From the NCBI GenBank assembly GCA_025594325.1, contig JANHCV010000009.1:1674001-1738000 (forward strand): 64,000 bases of DNA, given 5' to 3'. A model generated the notes under the pieces. That model was not told the DNA's origin and searched no databases. It was given only the letters and a program-made list of their open reading frames with translations. A program made the translations under genes and the position numbers. This document shows positions 23,360 to 35,099 of this stretch, in pieces (within the stretch, counting starts at the first letter, position 1; each line of letters starts with the position of its first letter). This stretch comes from Blastocladiella emersonii ATCC 22665. Taxonomy: Eukaryota > Fungi > Blastocladiomycota.

Positions 23360-26144
23360 CACCACCAAACCGCGCCTGCCGAGGGCCCATGGATCCAGGG
23401 TGGATCACCTCGAGCCTTCCAGCGCTGAATCGACCTCTTGATCAACGCTTGATCCAGATTTCGTAGACTGGATCTACAATCATGAAAGGTGGATCCAGCC
23501 TTGACTGGCGCGAGCTGGAATGAGGCTTGACAGCAGCCTGGATCAAGACGTTGATCCATTTTCAAAAATGTGGACCCACTCCTCGATCCACGCGCCCTGG
23601 GATCAACTTGTTGGAAAAGTACTTCTACGCGTCGATCAACGTCCAAATCCAACTCGTGCGCAAGCGAAACCAGGAGCTCATCAACGATGACCATGGTGGT
23701 GAAGGAACTCGTGCGAAAACGCATCGAAATGGTCGCAACGACCCAGAAAAGCATTTGAGGGAGCCGAACGCAACTCGACGTGTTCGTGCTGCTGCAGGAT
23801 GAGCTTGAGCCCGTCACCAAACGTCGTGTTCGCGGAAGGATCGCGGTGGTCCACAAAGTTAAGCGAGTTGGCGAGCTGCGGCATCATGAGCAGCGTGAGG
23901 CTCGCAGCGTCTCGTAAGCGTTGATGAAGTACTCGGTGTACCAGCCCTGGTGCACCGACGATAGCTGGTTCCCATTTGGTGCGACGCGGAGGAAGGCCGA
24001 GACGGCTGAGAGCGACATGATGTGGAACTTGTACGTGGCGAGCAGAGTGGTACGGAGAACAAACTCTGCGCGGCGTAAAGGCCCAGCACAACGACGTGCG
24101 GTACTGACACGAAGAGGTGGAAGTGCTTGACGACTGTGCTTTCGAGTTGCATGCCGTCCAACTCCAGGTCGACGAGCCAGGTGCGCGTTTCCCCTCGACC
24201 AAGCGCAACGGAGGGCAACGACGCGCTCAACACCTCACTTTCAACTCATAAAGCTTGAAGATGCAAGGGTTCTCACGACCGCCGTGACGACATCTTCCCG
24301 GGGAGATGGCTGCACTGGAACTTGGCTTGCCCGCCGACCAGGTCCGTATCGACCAAGTTCCAACGCTCACGTCACTGCCATGCGCTCGCGGCAAGTAATT
24401 CATAGATTATTCATAGGGTGCAACGTCGAGGTGCCGTCGCCGGGAGGGGAGAGCGTGCCGCTGCAGCGAAGCGCGGGGCGAAACGCGTCGAAGCCAACGT
24501 CACGTGAGCGCGTCGGTCGTTCCGGGACTTCGCTCGCGGCGGCTCGCGCCAGCACCCCTGCTCGCGCTCCCTCGCTCCATCACTACCGAACATGCTATCG
24601 ACCCACTCGACACCCGCGACCTCGTGCAACCGCCTGGATCACCACCCCTCGGCCTCCATGTAACTCGTGTCGACGCGCATCCGCCCGACGCCGCCACAGG
24701 CCCGCGCCGCTCGGTGACTTCCACGGTTTGCGTCTCTCGCCTTCTCCTCCCCCGCGATGTGCATCCGCAGTCACGCCTCAACTCCGCCGACACGCCCTGC
24801 ACGCGTCGACGGGACTCGCGCCCGCCGCTCTCGAGGGTCACGCCGCGTTCCCACGCCTTCCGCGCCGGCTGTCCGTTCGCTCACTGACGTACCCCACGCC
24901 GCGACCGCTTTGCCCTGCTTTCTAACCTTCGAAAAGCACCTCAAGCTGTAGCGGCGCTCGTGGGGGTCCGCGGCAACGTGTTTGCGTCGATACTGACCAA
25001 GATCGCGACATGGTACGCGGTGTGCGACTCGGCCCACACAAGCCGAGACTAATATGTTTGCGGACGCCATGACTAGCGCGCCGAGTACGCCAAGTCGCGG
25101 TGACAAGGGTCGCGCCGTCGCCCTTCGCGTCGACTCGCCCACGACGCGCTCAAGTCCACGCGGTACGGTTCTTCTCCTTCGCGTTCTCGGCGCGACTCGC
25201 GCTGCGTGCGGATGACGCAGACTTCGAGCTCTCAAGCAGTCTTGCACGTGTCGTCGGCCCGGGTCTCGGCGACGTGGCTCGCGCGCTAGCGTCGATCGGA
25301 CTCTTCGCCTGACTCATCGCTCACTTGTCTCCGCCCCGTCGCCCATAGCCTCGCTTTACCGCAACAAGCTGCTGCTGCCCTCGCCCATCAACTGGTCAGA
25401 GTTGCCCTCAAGCACGCAGTACTCGTTCATGGTCAAGGTACGCGACTCGGCCTCACCCATCACGGTCTCCGACTTACGCAGATGGTTCCCTCCTGTCTAG
25501 TACATCGAGAGCAACTTCACGATCCAGTCGTCGAGGCCGATGTCGCCGACTGAGCCAGCTGCGGGTGCGAGGACGGGTCCGAGGTGCACTCGAGGCGTCA
25601 CGGTACTTGTTCTTGCCTCGCTGCTGACCGACTTTGCGCTCACAATGATCTCTCCTCGCATCGTAGGCCATATGCGGCAAGATCCCGCTTGATCGTCATC
25701 AAGCTGGCCGCGAGGATCACCGCCACTGGGGTTCCTCCCTCATCGTCCCTCATCCTCCCTCATCTTCTTACCCGCCAGCTGTCTACCTGTGTCGCTCTCG
25801 ATTCGCGGATATATTGCGTGGTTTGAGCCCTGGGATCATCGATGGACCGCGACCTGGATCCGGATATATTGAGCCGTGAGCGACACCTTGATCCCTGGCG
25901 TGATCCACGCTGAGACAAAGTGAATCCACTGCTCGATCAAGCTGAAGATCCACATTGACCAACAGCTTGATCCACATGAGAGGCCCGTGCAGTTTGCGGG
26001 TGGATCGAGCTCGCCCAAGCTGGATCCACGCTTGATCCAGAAGAGTAATATCGCGATCCACATCCCCCCGAGGTCCATCCAGTCCACGGCTGGATCCAGG
26101 GTGGATCCACTTCAAATGGCTGGGGCACGGACGGTTCGGTGATG
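23360..26144. mobile_element. Non-autonomous TIR DNA transposon (CMC/CACTA-like), 2,785 bp
   Basis: Left end CACCACCAAACCGCGCCTGCC vs reverse complement of right end CATCACCGAACCGTCCGTGCC (16/21). GT dinucleotide on both flanks (2-bp TSD). GATC-dense subterminal arrays at both ends, including TGGATCCAGGGTGGATC at both. Confidence 0.72.
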
Positions 26145-26962
26145 GTCGCGAACTTGATTATTCGCTTCCCGTGCATGTCGTCGCTGTTGATGCCCGTGGC
26201 CACGACCTCAGCCTCTCACGTCCAACGTGCAACCGATGCATCCGTGATCTCTCGCTTGTGCTATCCCGGCGCCTGATTGATTGGTTATTGCTGGTAAAGC
26301 TTGTAGGCCGACTTTCGACCTTGAAACGGAGGGAATTATGAACGACGTGTTACCTAGTCGCGTAGTCGTAACAGACCGCCGCCGCCCATGTTTCATGCTC
26401 GCGTGAGTGGCGCGTCCGCGTGGTCTCCGCAGCGGTCGTTTCCGTAAATTGCGATCCTCATCGGCTCAAAACAATGGCGTTTGGTGTTACGCGTCGTTCA
26501 TGCGGTGGTGATCGGGGTGATCATCCACCTGATCTCGCGTGTTTCGCCCGCAACCGCCTCTTTCGCCCCGCCGCGACCCCGCGGCGGCGCTCCCGCTTTT
26601 GTCATCCTCTCTCCCTCACCCAGCCCTGGTTCGCGGCCGAGGCAGGAATACACAACCCTGACTAGCTGTATCGTGTCTCCTCGAGTCCCCTCCTTCGCCA
26701 CTCAACATTTGGGACCAAATGATACTGAATGCACTCGACAACGAATCCCACGGACGCCGTGCGATTTGGTGAACGCCCGCAGCCAAGCTCTCTCGTCGAC
26801 ATGGAAAGCAGCGCCGAAAATATTATTACCTACGCTTTGCAGAGCGCAGCTATCCCAATTGACAGAGATGGGCTTGGAATGTTGACTAGGATAGGATACA
26901 GCGAAGCGAGCGGAGGAGGGCCAGAACGACGTGAAAGGCGCAAAATGCCCAGCTCAGTGGTC

Positions 26963-29253
26963 TTAGTTCTCGTCGTGAGCGAGGTCCGCTGCATCAAGCT
27001 GATCCAGATCGAGAGCTAGGTCATTATCGGCCTCGATGCTGAAGGCCGCGTTGGACAGAGCGTCGAGCAGCGGTGCAGGCACGGGCGAGTGAGCCTCGAT
27101 GAAGGCGGGTACCCACTGGGGGTTCGCGCGCGCAAACGACTCGAGCAAGTACTCTATCGGTCCGCCGCAGGGTGCGGTCGGTGCACAACACGTGTTTCCT
27201 CGCTCTTCGATGAGCGCGTTTGCCAAGTCGGAGGCGAGTGCACGCGGTTGCTCGAAGACCCGGCCCGGAACGCTGCGGTCGCGCTCCATGCCAACACTGC
27301 ACACCGCGGAAGGGAACTGCGACAGAAGCGTGTCGAGCGAGTCGCGAAACGCGGGCTGGTATGTGAACGGACACCTGGGACAGAGCTCCAGACCCGGGGA
27401 AGCCAAGTCATTCCGCAAAAGGTTGTTGGACGAGGTCCATAACATCTCCTTGAGCCAGCAGGCCGCAGTGCCCGTCTCGGCCAGTACGTTGAGAGCCCGG
27501 GCACGCGTTGCGGTTGAGCTGATAGCCGTGGTGGCAACGAATGCGAGAAGGGTCGAGCAGCCGGTGGGCAGGTCGTCAGTCTCGTATTCGACGCGCTGCA
27601 TCACATTGCTGGCGATAGTGAGGATGTCGATTGAGTCGGCGACTACGTCCTGACCAAGGAACCGTTCAAGCGCAAGCAGTGGCGAGTCTCCGTTTGTGTT
27701 CGCGCAGCTGAGGATCGAATCAACGAACACGTCCAAGAAATTGAGGAGCGCCAAGTCGCACGCAAAGCGCAAGAGCTCCTGAGGAACAGTTGAGGCATTA
27801 AATGATGTGACTTTGAATGGGTCAAATCGTGGCTTTGCAAGCGAGAGACGAATTGCTAGTTATCCGTACAGTAATGATGTGAGTTTTTGCCGTAATCAAC
27901 AGCAAGTACAGGGCATACTACAGCCAAGAGCACCGTACCTTCTTTGACTGTTGTGAGCCATTGCACATTTCCGAGGTGTGCGCGAATTAGGTCAAGACAC
28001 CCGGGAGAGCCTTGCAGGGCTCCCAGAAGAGCCAGGCTCCACTCCCAGGACTCGATGTCAAGCAAATCGTGTTCAAGAACAACGGCAAACGCAGCGGGAG
28101 TGATTGAAGACGGGCAACGCTGGAACCACGAAAGAACAAGCTTGGCAAGGTCACTCCGGTGCTGCTCTTGCATGCCCTCGAGTACGACAGGGGCGTGGCG
28201 CGTGAGCGCGTCATGGAGAGCAGCCGGCCCAAACGAGGCAATCCGAACAGCGAGGGGACCTATGTGTGCAGCAGCCGTATTCGTCCAGCCGTGACCTGCA
28301 AGCCAATGGAAGACTTGCATTTTGGTACCAGCCACGGGCGGCCTCAAAGAGTTTGGAAGCGGTTCGCTCAGGCTGCTGACCAGCCGGGACGCAATTGAAT
28401 CGTGTCGAAGGTACTCAACTAGGGCAGGGATGTCGAGGCCCACGCGCGGTTCAAGCAAGGGTTCGAGCGCTTTAAAGGACCAGCGGAAAACGGCTGCGGA
28501 CGCGAGATACTCGATAAGGCGTTGCGGTTGGTCGTCCCAGTTGTTTAATGCATAAGGCGGCGGCAGCATGTCCGTACGCTCGCCCGACGCGTGGCCCGTA
28601 CGCCATGACCATACGCACGGCGGTCGGGTGATCTGCAAAAGCCGCGGACAGAAATCGACGACCTGATTGAGCAGCGAGCGGTAAATTGTGTAGCACTTAT
28701 TCGCGCCAGCTGCAAGTAGGAGCTCAGCGTAGTGCATGATTTTGAAACGGCGGCTCAAGTGCGGAGTGTCCGCAACGGCTGCGCGACTTTCGGCCTCGAG
28801 TTGTTGAACGGATTTTCCCAACGCCAAGCGTGCAAGGTGCGGTCCGCTGTACGATTCCAAAAAATCAACGAGTAGTTTGGGCGGGTGGGCTTGGGAGAAG
28901 TCACCGGGGGTCAGCGGCAAGCGCTCGATCAAAGTCCGTATTTCGAACCTGGCGCACGATCTGGGCCGTGTCTGCTGAGGGTTTGCAGCCTGGATTGTCG
29001 GCGAGAGAGTAGCTGCGAAATAGGGGCCAAGCTCTGGAAGCACTTTGACGACGGTGCCGAGCTGCGCGATCTTGCGGAAGGACCAACTGGCGAGAACAGG
29101 ACGTTCCGTGACAGTGTGCAGCAGGAGCTTTGAGGCAGCGGCAACGGCATAGCGGGGCTGAGCGAGCTGACACATGAGAATCAAGAGTTCGGGCGGCATG
29201 TCACCGAGGGCACGCGGTAGCGATTCGGTAGCCGAGTGCATCGAGTGATCCAT
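26963..29253 (-). CDS. F-box-like N-terminus hypothetical protein, probably 2 exons
   Basis: MDHSMHSATESLPRALGDMPPELLILMCQLA resembles an F-box start. ORFs 27856-29253 and 26963-27772 can be joined by a GT...TTCCTCAG intron (acceptor about 27778). Confidence 0.45.
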
Positions 29254-32240
29254 TGCTAGAGGCGAGGGTGTGCTGGTATTGGACCAACGAGGGGGAGCGA
29301 GGGCGGGAAAGGAGCGAACGCGTCGCGCGACCACCACGGCGCGCTAGCCATCACATGACCCCTGTCGGCGTGGCGCACCACGCTATCGGCTCCCTCGACC
29401 CCATTCCCTTCGTCGTCGAATCTCCGGGCAAATGATTCGTTAGAACGCTCAAAGGTGAGTTAGAGAGGCAGAATGAGGTTCACCAGACTCGCCGCGGCGG
29501 CCACCTCTAGTGGGACGTTGCTGAGCCGACAGATGCGCACACGTATCCGCGAAGCTGCCGTTGCTGAGTGAAAGATTGCGTGCATCCACTCATTGGGCGT
29601 TGGATCAGCGGTCCCTTGCTGCAACTTCGCCAGTTCCCCTCCCGTGCGAGCCGCCGCCGCTGACGGGTCATGGTTCGCTCTCGACCCGTGTTCTCGCCGC
29701 CGTATCCCGCCACCGCCGGCTGGTGATTCTTAAAAACCGGCCGCAGGCGATGCACCATGAGGGGCGCCTGGACGAATGAGACTGCCTCGCGGCCGGTGAA
29801 TCGCGGCCGACTTGCCGACTCCCAACTTCGTGCTCACCGACGAGACTACATCCGGCTCCATCGCGCGCTTGCTCGCGAAACTCGTGTGCGCCTCACCCAT
29901 GGCTTTCGCGCCCCGCCAAGCGCTTTGACGCGGTTGTGTTGGGCTCGCTTGATGATCGCTGAGGAGGTCAAGGCGTCGGACACCGTCAAGCAGCTCGTTT
30001 TCGCGTACCTCGACGTTGGGGTCAAGGCCAAATGGGAGCAGGAGTACGACAGAAACAGATGGCAATGATGCTATAATTGAATCCAAGCTCGGAGAACCGT
30101 TGAGCTAGACGTAAAAATCCCATGAAATCGATGTAAAAGCGGGAGTAAAAGCCTCGCGTCAGCCCAATCCCTTGGTTAGCATCCAAATACTTTGGCCTTT
30201 ACTAAGGGTATAAAGCTGTTTCTGTCAGATGCGCAGAATCAAGCCAAACGCCAGCCATGGCCGCTTCGACCAAATGACCGTGGCACATAACGGGACTCGG
30301 CAAACGCCTTATGCCCGTGGTCTCTGTGGCGGCGGCGTGCAGCGCCAGGAGACGGTGCGGTGCCGGGAGACGGTGTGGTGCCGCCGGGAAGGGAAAATCA
30401 GCCTTCCCGACGCGGCGCTCACCCGCACGGGGACGAGCTGCCACTTCTCTTCAAGCCTCCTCGCTCGCGATCCGCGAACGTGCGGTTGCTTGCGCCGCAA
30501 CCCGTTCGTTCGTTTCCCTTTCAAGCTTGGCATCCCACATTGCCCCGAGTAACGCACACACTTCATGCAACGAATGATTCAGTCCACGAACCGCGCCTTC
30601 CATGCAATCGATTCGCGATCAGCAAATGTTGTTGGCTTCCTCTCCTGCCTGCTCTCGCGCGCGCCTCGGTAGCCGACGACTGCTGTTGAACCGAGCGTCT
30701 GCTCGCTGCCATCACACCACCCACCTTGCTCGCATAACGCTTCCTCTTCCCTTCCCGGCAGCCGACCTTCGGGTGCTCAGTGTTGATTTGATGCCCAAGG
30801 AAGCCGACTTGCCAATCTCGCTGCTCTCGCTGCTCGCTGCTCTTGCTGGTGGTACCTAAGAGCAAAAGCCCCGTTCAATCAAGCTCACACAGCCGCGCTC
30901 GATCATTTTGTCGCTCCGCTCCGCCGCGATCCGTATTTACCTCCCCTTCAAGTTGTTTTTTTCGCCGGCTGTCGCTCGCGCTCGCGCTCGTCGGCCTTCC
31001 CCTCCATCAAAGACGTCCGCCGCTTCTCGTAGGACATCCTCAATGGCCTCCCTTCCCTCACTCACCCTTCTCTGGCCAAGCTCACCACTTACCAAACGCA
31101 CGGTATCGTGACAACGCTTGCTCGCTTGCTTAATCTGGGCGGTGCCAGCCCAATGTCATTTGCTGGCTTGGGCTCACACCTTGGTTTGACCTTCATCGCC
31201 AAACCCGTTTTGGCGGAACCCTTGCCGTCCAAGAAACACCGCCGTTTATCTCACTCGCCCTCGCGCCACTCAGGAAGCCCGCTCAGGAAACCCGCCAAAT
31301 CCAGCCACATCCTCGGGACTTGGCTCGGCCTGCACGCGGGCTTTCGTACGTGTGGTGCTGTGATAATTCACTACCTTGCCCCGTAGCAGCAGGCTCGCGG
31401 CGGCGGCGGTGGCGGCGGCGGCGGCGGGACAGACAGCTGTCGCTGGCCGTGCAGGCGTTCCACTTCCGACTTCTGACTTCTGCTCGCTGCTGCGTTATAT
31501 GGAGGAATTTTTCCTTCGGGCGGATCGCAAGGTCTACTACGCGGCTTGGGTCGAGAACCAGTCGCCAAGCGCTCGTTGGTCTCTACACCACGCTTTCCGC
31601 CTGCGCTCTACACTCCGAGTCCCACCCGGCTCTTGGCTGACGACGGCGGCTTTGTGCGTGTGCATTTATCACATCGTTTGCTTGTCAGTCAGTTCTGATG
31701 CGCGGTCTCGCTCTTCTGGCCTCCGACACGCAACCACGTCGCGCGCCTCGGCCCGCTGGGGACGATCACGCCCAGAGCTAGCCAGATCCTGAATTCGCGA
31801 AGCGTTTTTACGAGCGAGCTAGCTGTCTGGGACGTGAACGTGGGACTTGCTGATGGGCGACGGATCCGCGTTGTTTGGCCGGCGAGCGTGGTTTGAGTGA
31901 AGGCCGTTTGAGTTTGTTACTTACTACCTGAGCGCGTTCGTTACATTCACTCCCTCACAGAGTTAATACCTATCATTCACAGGTTCAAACTTCGGGTTAT
32001 TGCGGTCTCTCAGGGCCTGCTCGGGCTCGTTGCGTTGCTCGACGCGCGCAAAGTCGAACTTTCAAAGGGTCCTTTTACCAAAGTCAGCGCGAAGTGTCCT
32101 AACACGCGGACATGTACTGTATTACAACTTATACGCATGGCCTGCGAAAGTTCCTTGATCAGCTTCAACGGATTCACCTCCAACCGATCAGATCGGGGAC
32201 AGTAGACGTTCCGCGACTTTGCCCGCAGGGGCCACCTGCG

Positions 32241-34820
32241 GCGGGAAATCTGCTTGGCAAACTCGTCCTCGTCCGTGAGCCCGTGGGGGAACCCCTTGAC
32301 CCGCGCCTTGAACGCCTCGCCGATCACTGCGCCTGGGGACGCGCGTGACGCGGCCTGGCGGTAGGCGAGCGCCGACTTGGCTAGCGACAGGATCAGCGGG
32401 GAGACGGTGATGTTGCTGAGAACGGCCGCAAGCGCCTTAAGGCAGGCTACGGGGTCCGAGGCCTCGCTTACGTCAAACGAAAGAGTACCGGTCCACACGG
32501 CCACGTGCAGCGACGCATCGTAGGCAAGCCCGGGGCCGCGGATAGCAGTGAAGAGCGGGCCCTCGGCGCGGTTCAAGAGCTCGCACAGGACAATGACCGC
32601 GTGGTAGTCGGGGTGGTTGGGCTGAGAAAGCAGATCTGGAGTGGACGGCCGCTGGTCAGCGTCAGTAGACTATCATGAGGCGAGGGAGGAAACGATACGC
32701 ACCACATTCAACAAACAGAGAAATGTAGGATGCTGTTACACCCTGGACGTTAACGACGATGGCAGGGCCGGCTTGGTGCTGATACCGGGTACGCGTGAGC
32801 GGGAACGGGCTTGACACAGACACGGGCGTGAGAGCTGGGACCACTTCGGCAGAACTTACAGACGAGGTGAACAGCGTCTTGAGCCAGACGTCATTGACAA
32901 TCTTCCACGCGTTTGGCAGCTGGGCGTCGGTGATGCCCGCTGAAGAGTCACCATGACCGATTTGCGCAATCCACGGTCGCGAGAAGATTGCGGAATGAAG
33001 CGCAGCGAGCTTCTCGACGGCCGAGGCAGGGTCGCGCAACACCTTCTTGAGCACGGACTCCTGGGCAAAGATGGAGAGGTGGCGGTCGGGGAGGCCAGTT
33101 GACTTGGACACGAGCGCACTGAAAAGAGCACCCGTCAGCGACTGCCCATCGCGGCGCCACTCGCGAATGTCGCTCAGCAAGTTCTTGGCGATGGTCGCGA
33201 TGCGCTCCGAGTCCCACACGGCGTGCAGGGCAGCCTTGAAGACCCAGTCAGCCGCGGCGGGAAGCGAGTCGGGGAGGCAGGTAAAAGCGAGCACAAACGC
33301 TTCACTAAGGTAGCTGGCCGTGAAAACATCGGAGCCTAGTCCGACAGAAGCGTAGCAATTGGTCGTGTGCTCGTGTAGATGGTCAACAACAGAGGTCCAC
33401 GATTCACTGCTTGTCGGGAGCTGGAAAAGCAGTTCCTGGAGAAGTAAAAGGTACGGCAGCAAGTCAACGGCCACAGTCGCAAGCTCAAAGAAGAGTTTGA
33501 CATGGTTGAAGGAGGTAGCGACCTCGACCGTGTGGACAAAGGGGAAGCTACCGTCGGCGCCTGCCAGGCGATGCACGCGGTCGGCAAAGGAGGGACTGGG
33601 CACTGTGCTCGGATCCGTGGGCGGCGGCAATGCAGCAGCGAAGCGATCGAGTACAATTTCGTTGGCGGCGACGGCACGGTCGACCTTGGTCTGCTGCGAT
33701 CGAAGGCCGTGCGGGCCGAGTCGCTTTCGATGGCGCTGCACCACCGCCTTCTTGTCAGCTTCGACTCGCTTCGCGAATGAAATGCTCGGGACGGTCATAG
33801 TCTCAATGGCGGGCGCATCTACAAGCCAGTCTCGGAGCAGGGTGCGCCAGTAATCGATGGGGCGGGTGGCGAGGTCGTTGAGCACGGCAAAGACGTCAGA
33901 CTTGCCGCTGAGAGGCATACGGTGCGGAGAGACGAGACGAGGGAGCCAGGCGGCAAGCATAGTGTCGTGCGGGTCGTCCTCAAGCTGCGTGAGAGTTTGG
34001 ATGCGGTGGCGGCGCAGGGCGGCGTGGATGCGGTCCAACGACATGGCGCCGGCGGCCTGGTCGCGGAGCGTGGACCAAACGAGCGATGAGAGCGCGTGCC
34101 GTGCAAACCAATCCTTGCCGGAACCAGCGTCGGAGCTGCCCGCATCGCTGTTGGCGTCGTCCCGATCGCTCACTTCCTCGTCGTCTGCATCGCTCGAGTC
34201 AGCATCGTCCTCGGAAGATTCATCGGCCCAGTCGTCGTCATCGCTGCCTTCGGCGCCCGAATCGGAGCCAGGCGCACCGTCCACTTTGACGTCGTGGTTG
34301 GCGCGGCCGTGGTACTCGATGCCACCGACTGAGAGCATCAGCATGGAGCGATTGTAAGCGCGCAGCTCGAGATCGATATCGCTGCCGGGGGCACCGGTGG
34401 AATCGACGAGAGCGCGGGCAAGTGGCGCGGCGGAGCCCTCGCTGAGGTACCGGAAGAGCACGTCGAGGGCAACGACGGTGGTCTCGTCGTCAAGCGAGTG
34501 CGGGCCGTGCCACGCGTACGCGATGGTGCCCTGGTCTTCGTCCTCGGCGGGAAAGCGGACGACCTGGGTTGTAAGGCCAGGGGCAAGCGGGTGAAGTGGG
34601 GCGAGTTCGGCCAGGGGCGCCGGATGCGCAGCATCCTGGGCCGCATCAGGGTGCGAGGAGCTGGCGAGAGATGGCGCCGCGTCGAGAGCGTCAAGAATGT
34701 CCGCGACAGGGATCTGGTCGCCAATAAGGATCGTCGTGACGCGGGCGGGGTCGTAGTGAGTTGAGTGGAAGCGCGCAATGTCCCGATTGGTCAGCGAGCG
34801 GATCTCGGCGGTGAGGCCGC
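32241..34820 (-). repeat. 2,580-bp inverted near-identical duplicate of 51780-54359 (internal part of the M16 peptidase gene); 5'-truncated pseudogene copy
   Basis: Mirror coordinates sum to 86600 throughout (stops at 32662 and 53938). All shadow ORF translations are identical in both copies. Confidence 0.95.
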
Positions 34821-35099
34821 GACTTCATCGCCCGCTACTGTAAGGCGGTCCAGGACTACGCCGCGCAGATTGTCGACCGATTGAGAACCGCCTCGCGGCA
34901 CCGTTTGACAACGCTTTCGTGGCCGGGTGCCAGGCCGTCGTGCAGTCGGTACTCGCGGGCTTCGTTGACGGCGACGTGATCAAGCTCTTGCGCCTCAGCC
35001 ACTCGCTCAAGGAGCTCTGCTTCGGCTCGCTCATCCACGCCGGCAACAAGATCGAGACTCAGGTCATGGTCATGTCCATGACCAACACGCCGACTGGCA
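34821..35099 (+). pseudogene. Orphan 3' gene fragment interrupted at its end by TIR element 2
   Basis: Coding-like frame (VAGCQAVVQSVLAGFVDGDVIKLLRLSHSLKELCFGSLIHAGNKIETQVMV...PTG). Removing 35100-36906 plus one CA gives GGC AAG TAG (GK-stop). Confidence 0.4.

Noticed and set aside
7576-23408. Many long antisense or alternate-frame ORFs (e.g. 9086-10744, 13422-15104, 14027-15157, 19150-22218 read-through, 21848-22858)
   Set aside because: These are shadow ORFs produced by high GC3 codon bias. They are Arg/Ala/Gly-rich with no motifs and overlap better-supported genes.
23680-25250. CACTA transposase inside element 1 (LELDGMQL, VVLGLY, AWERGVTL fragments)
   Set aside because: The resemblance is weak and the fragments occur in the wrong order for an EnSpm DDE core.
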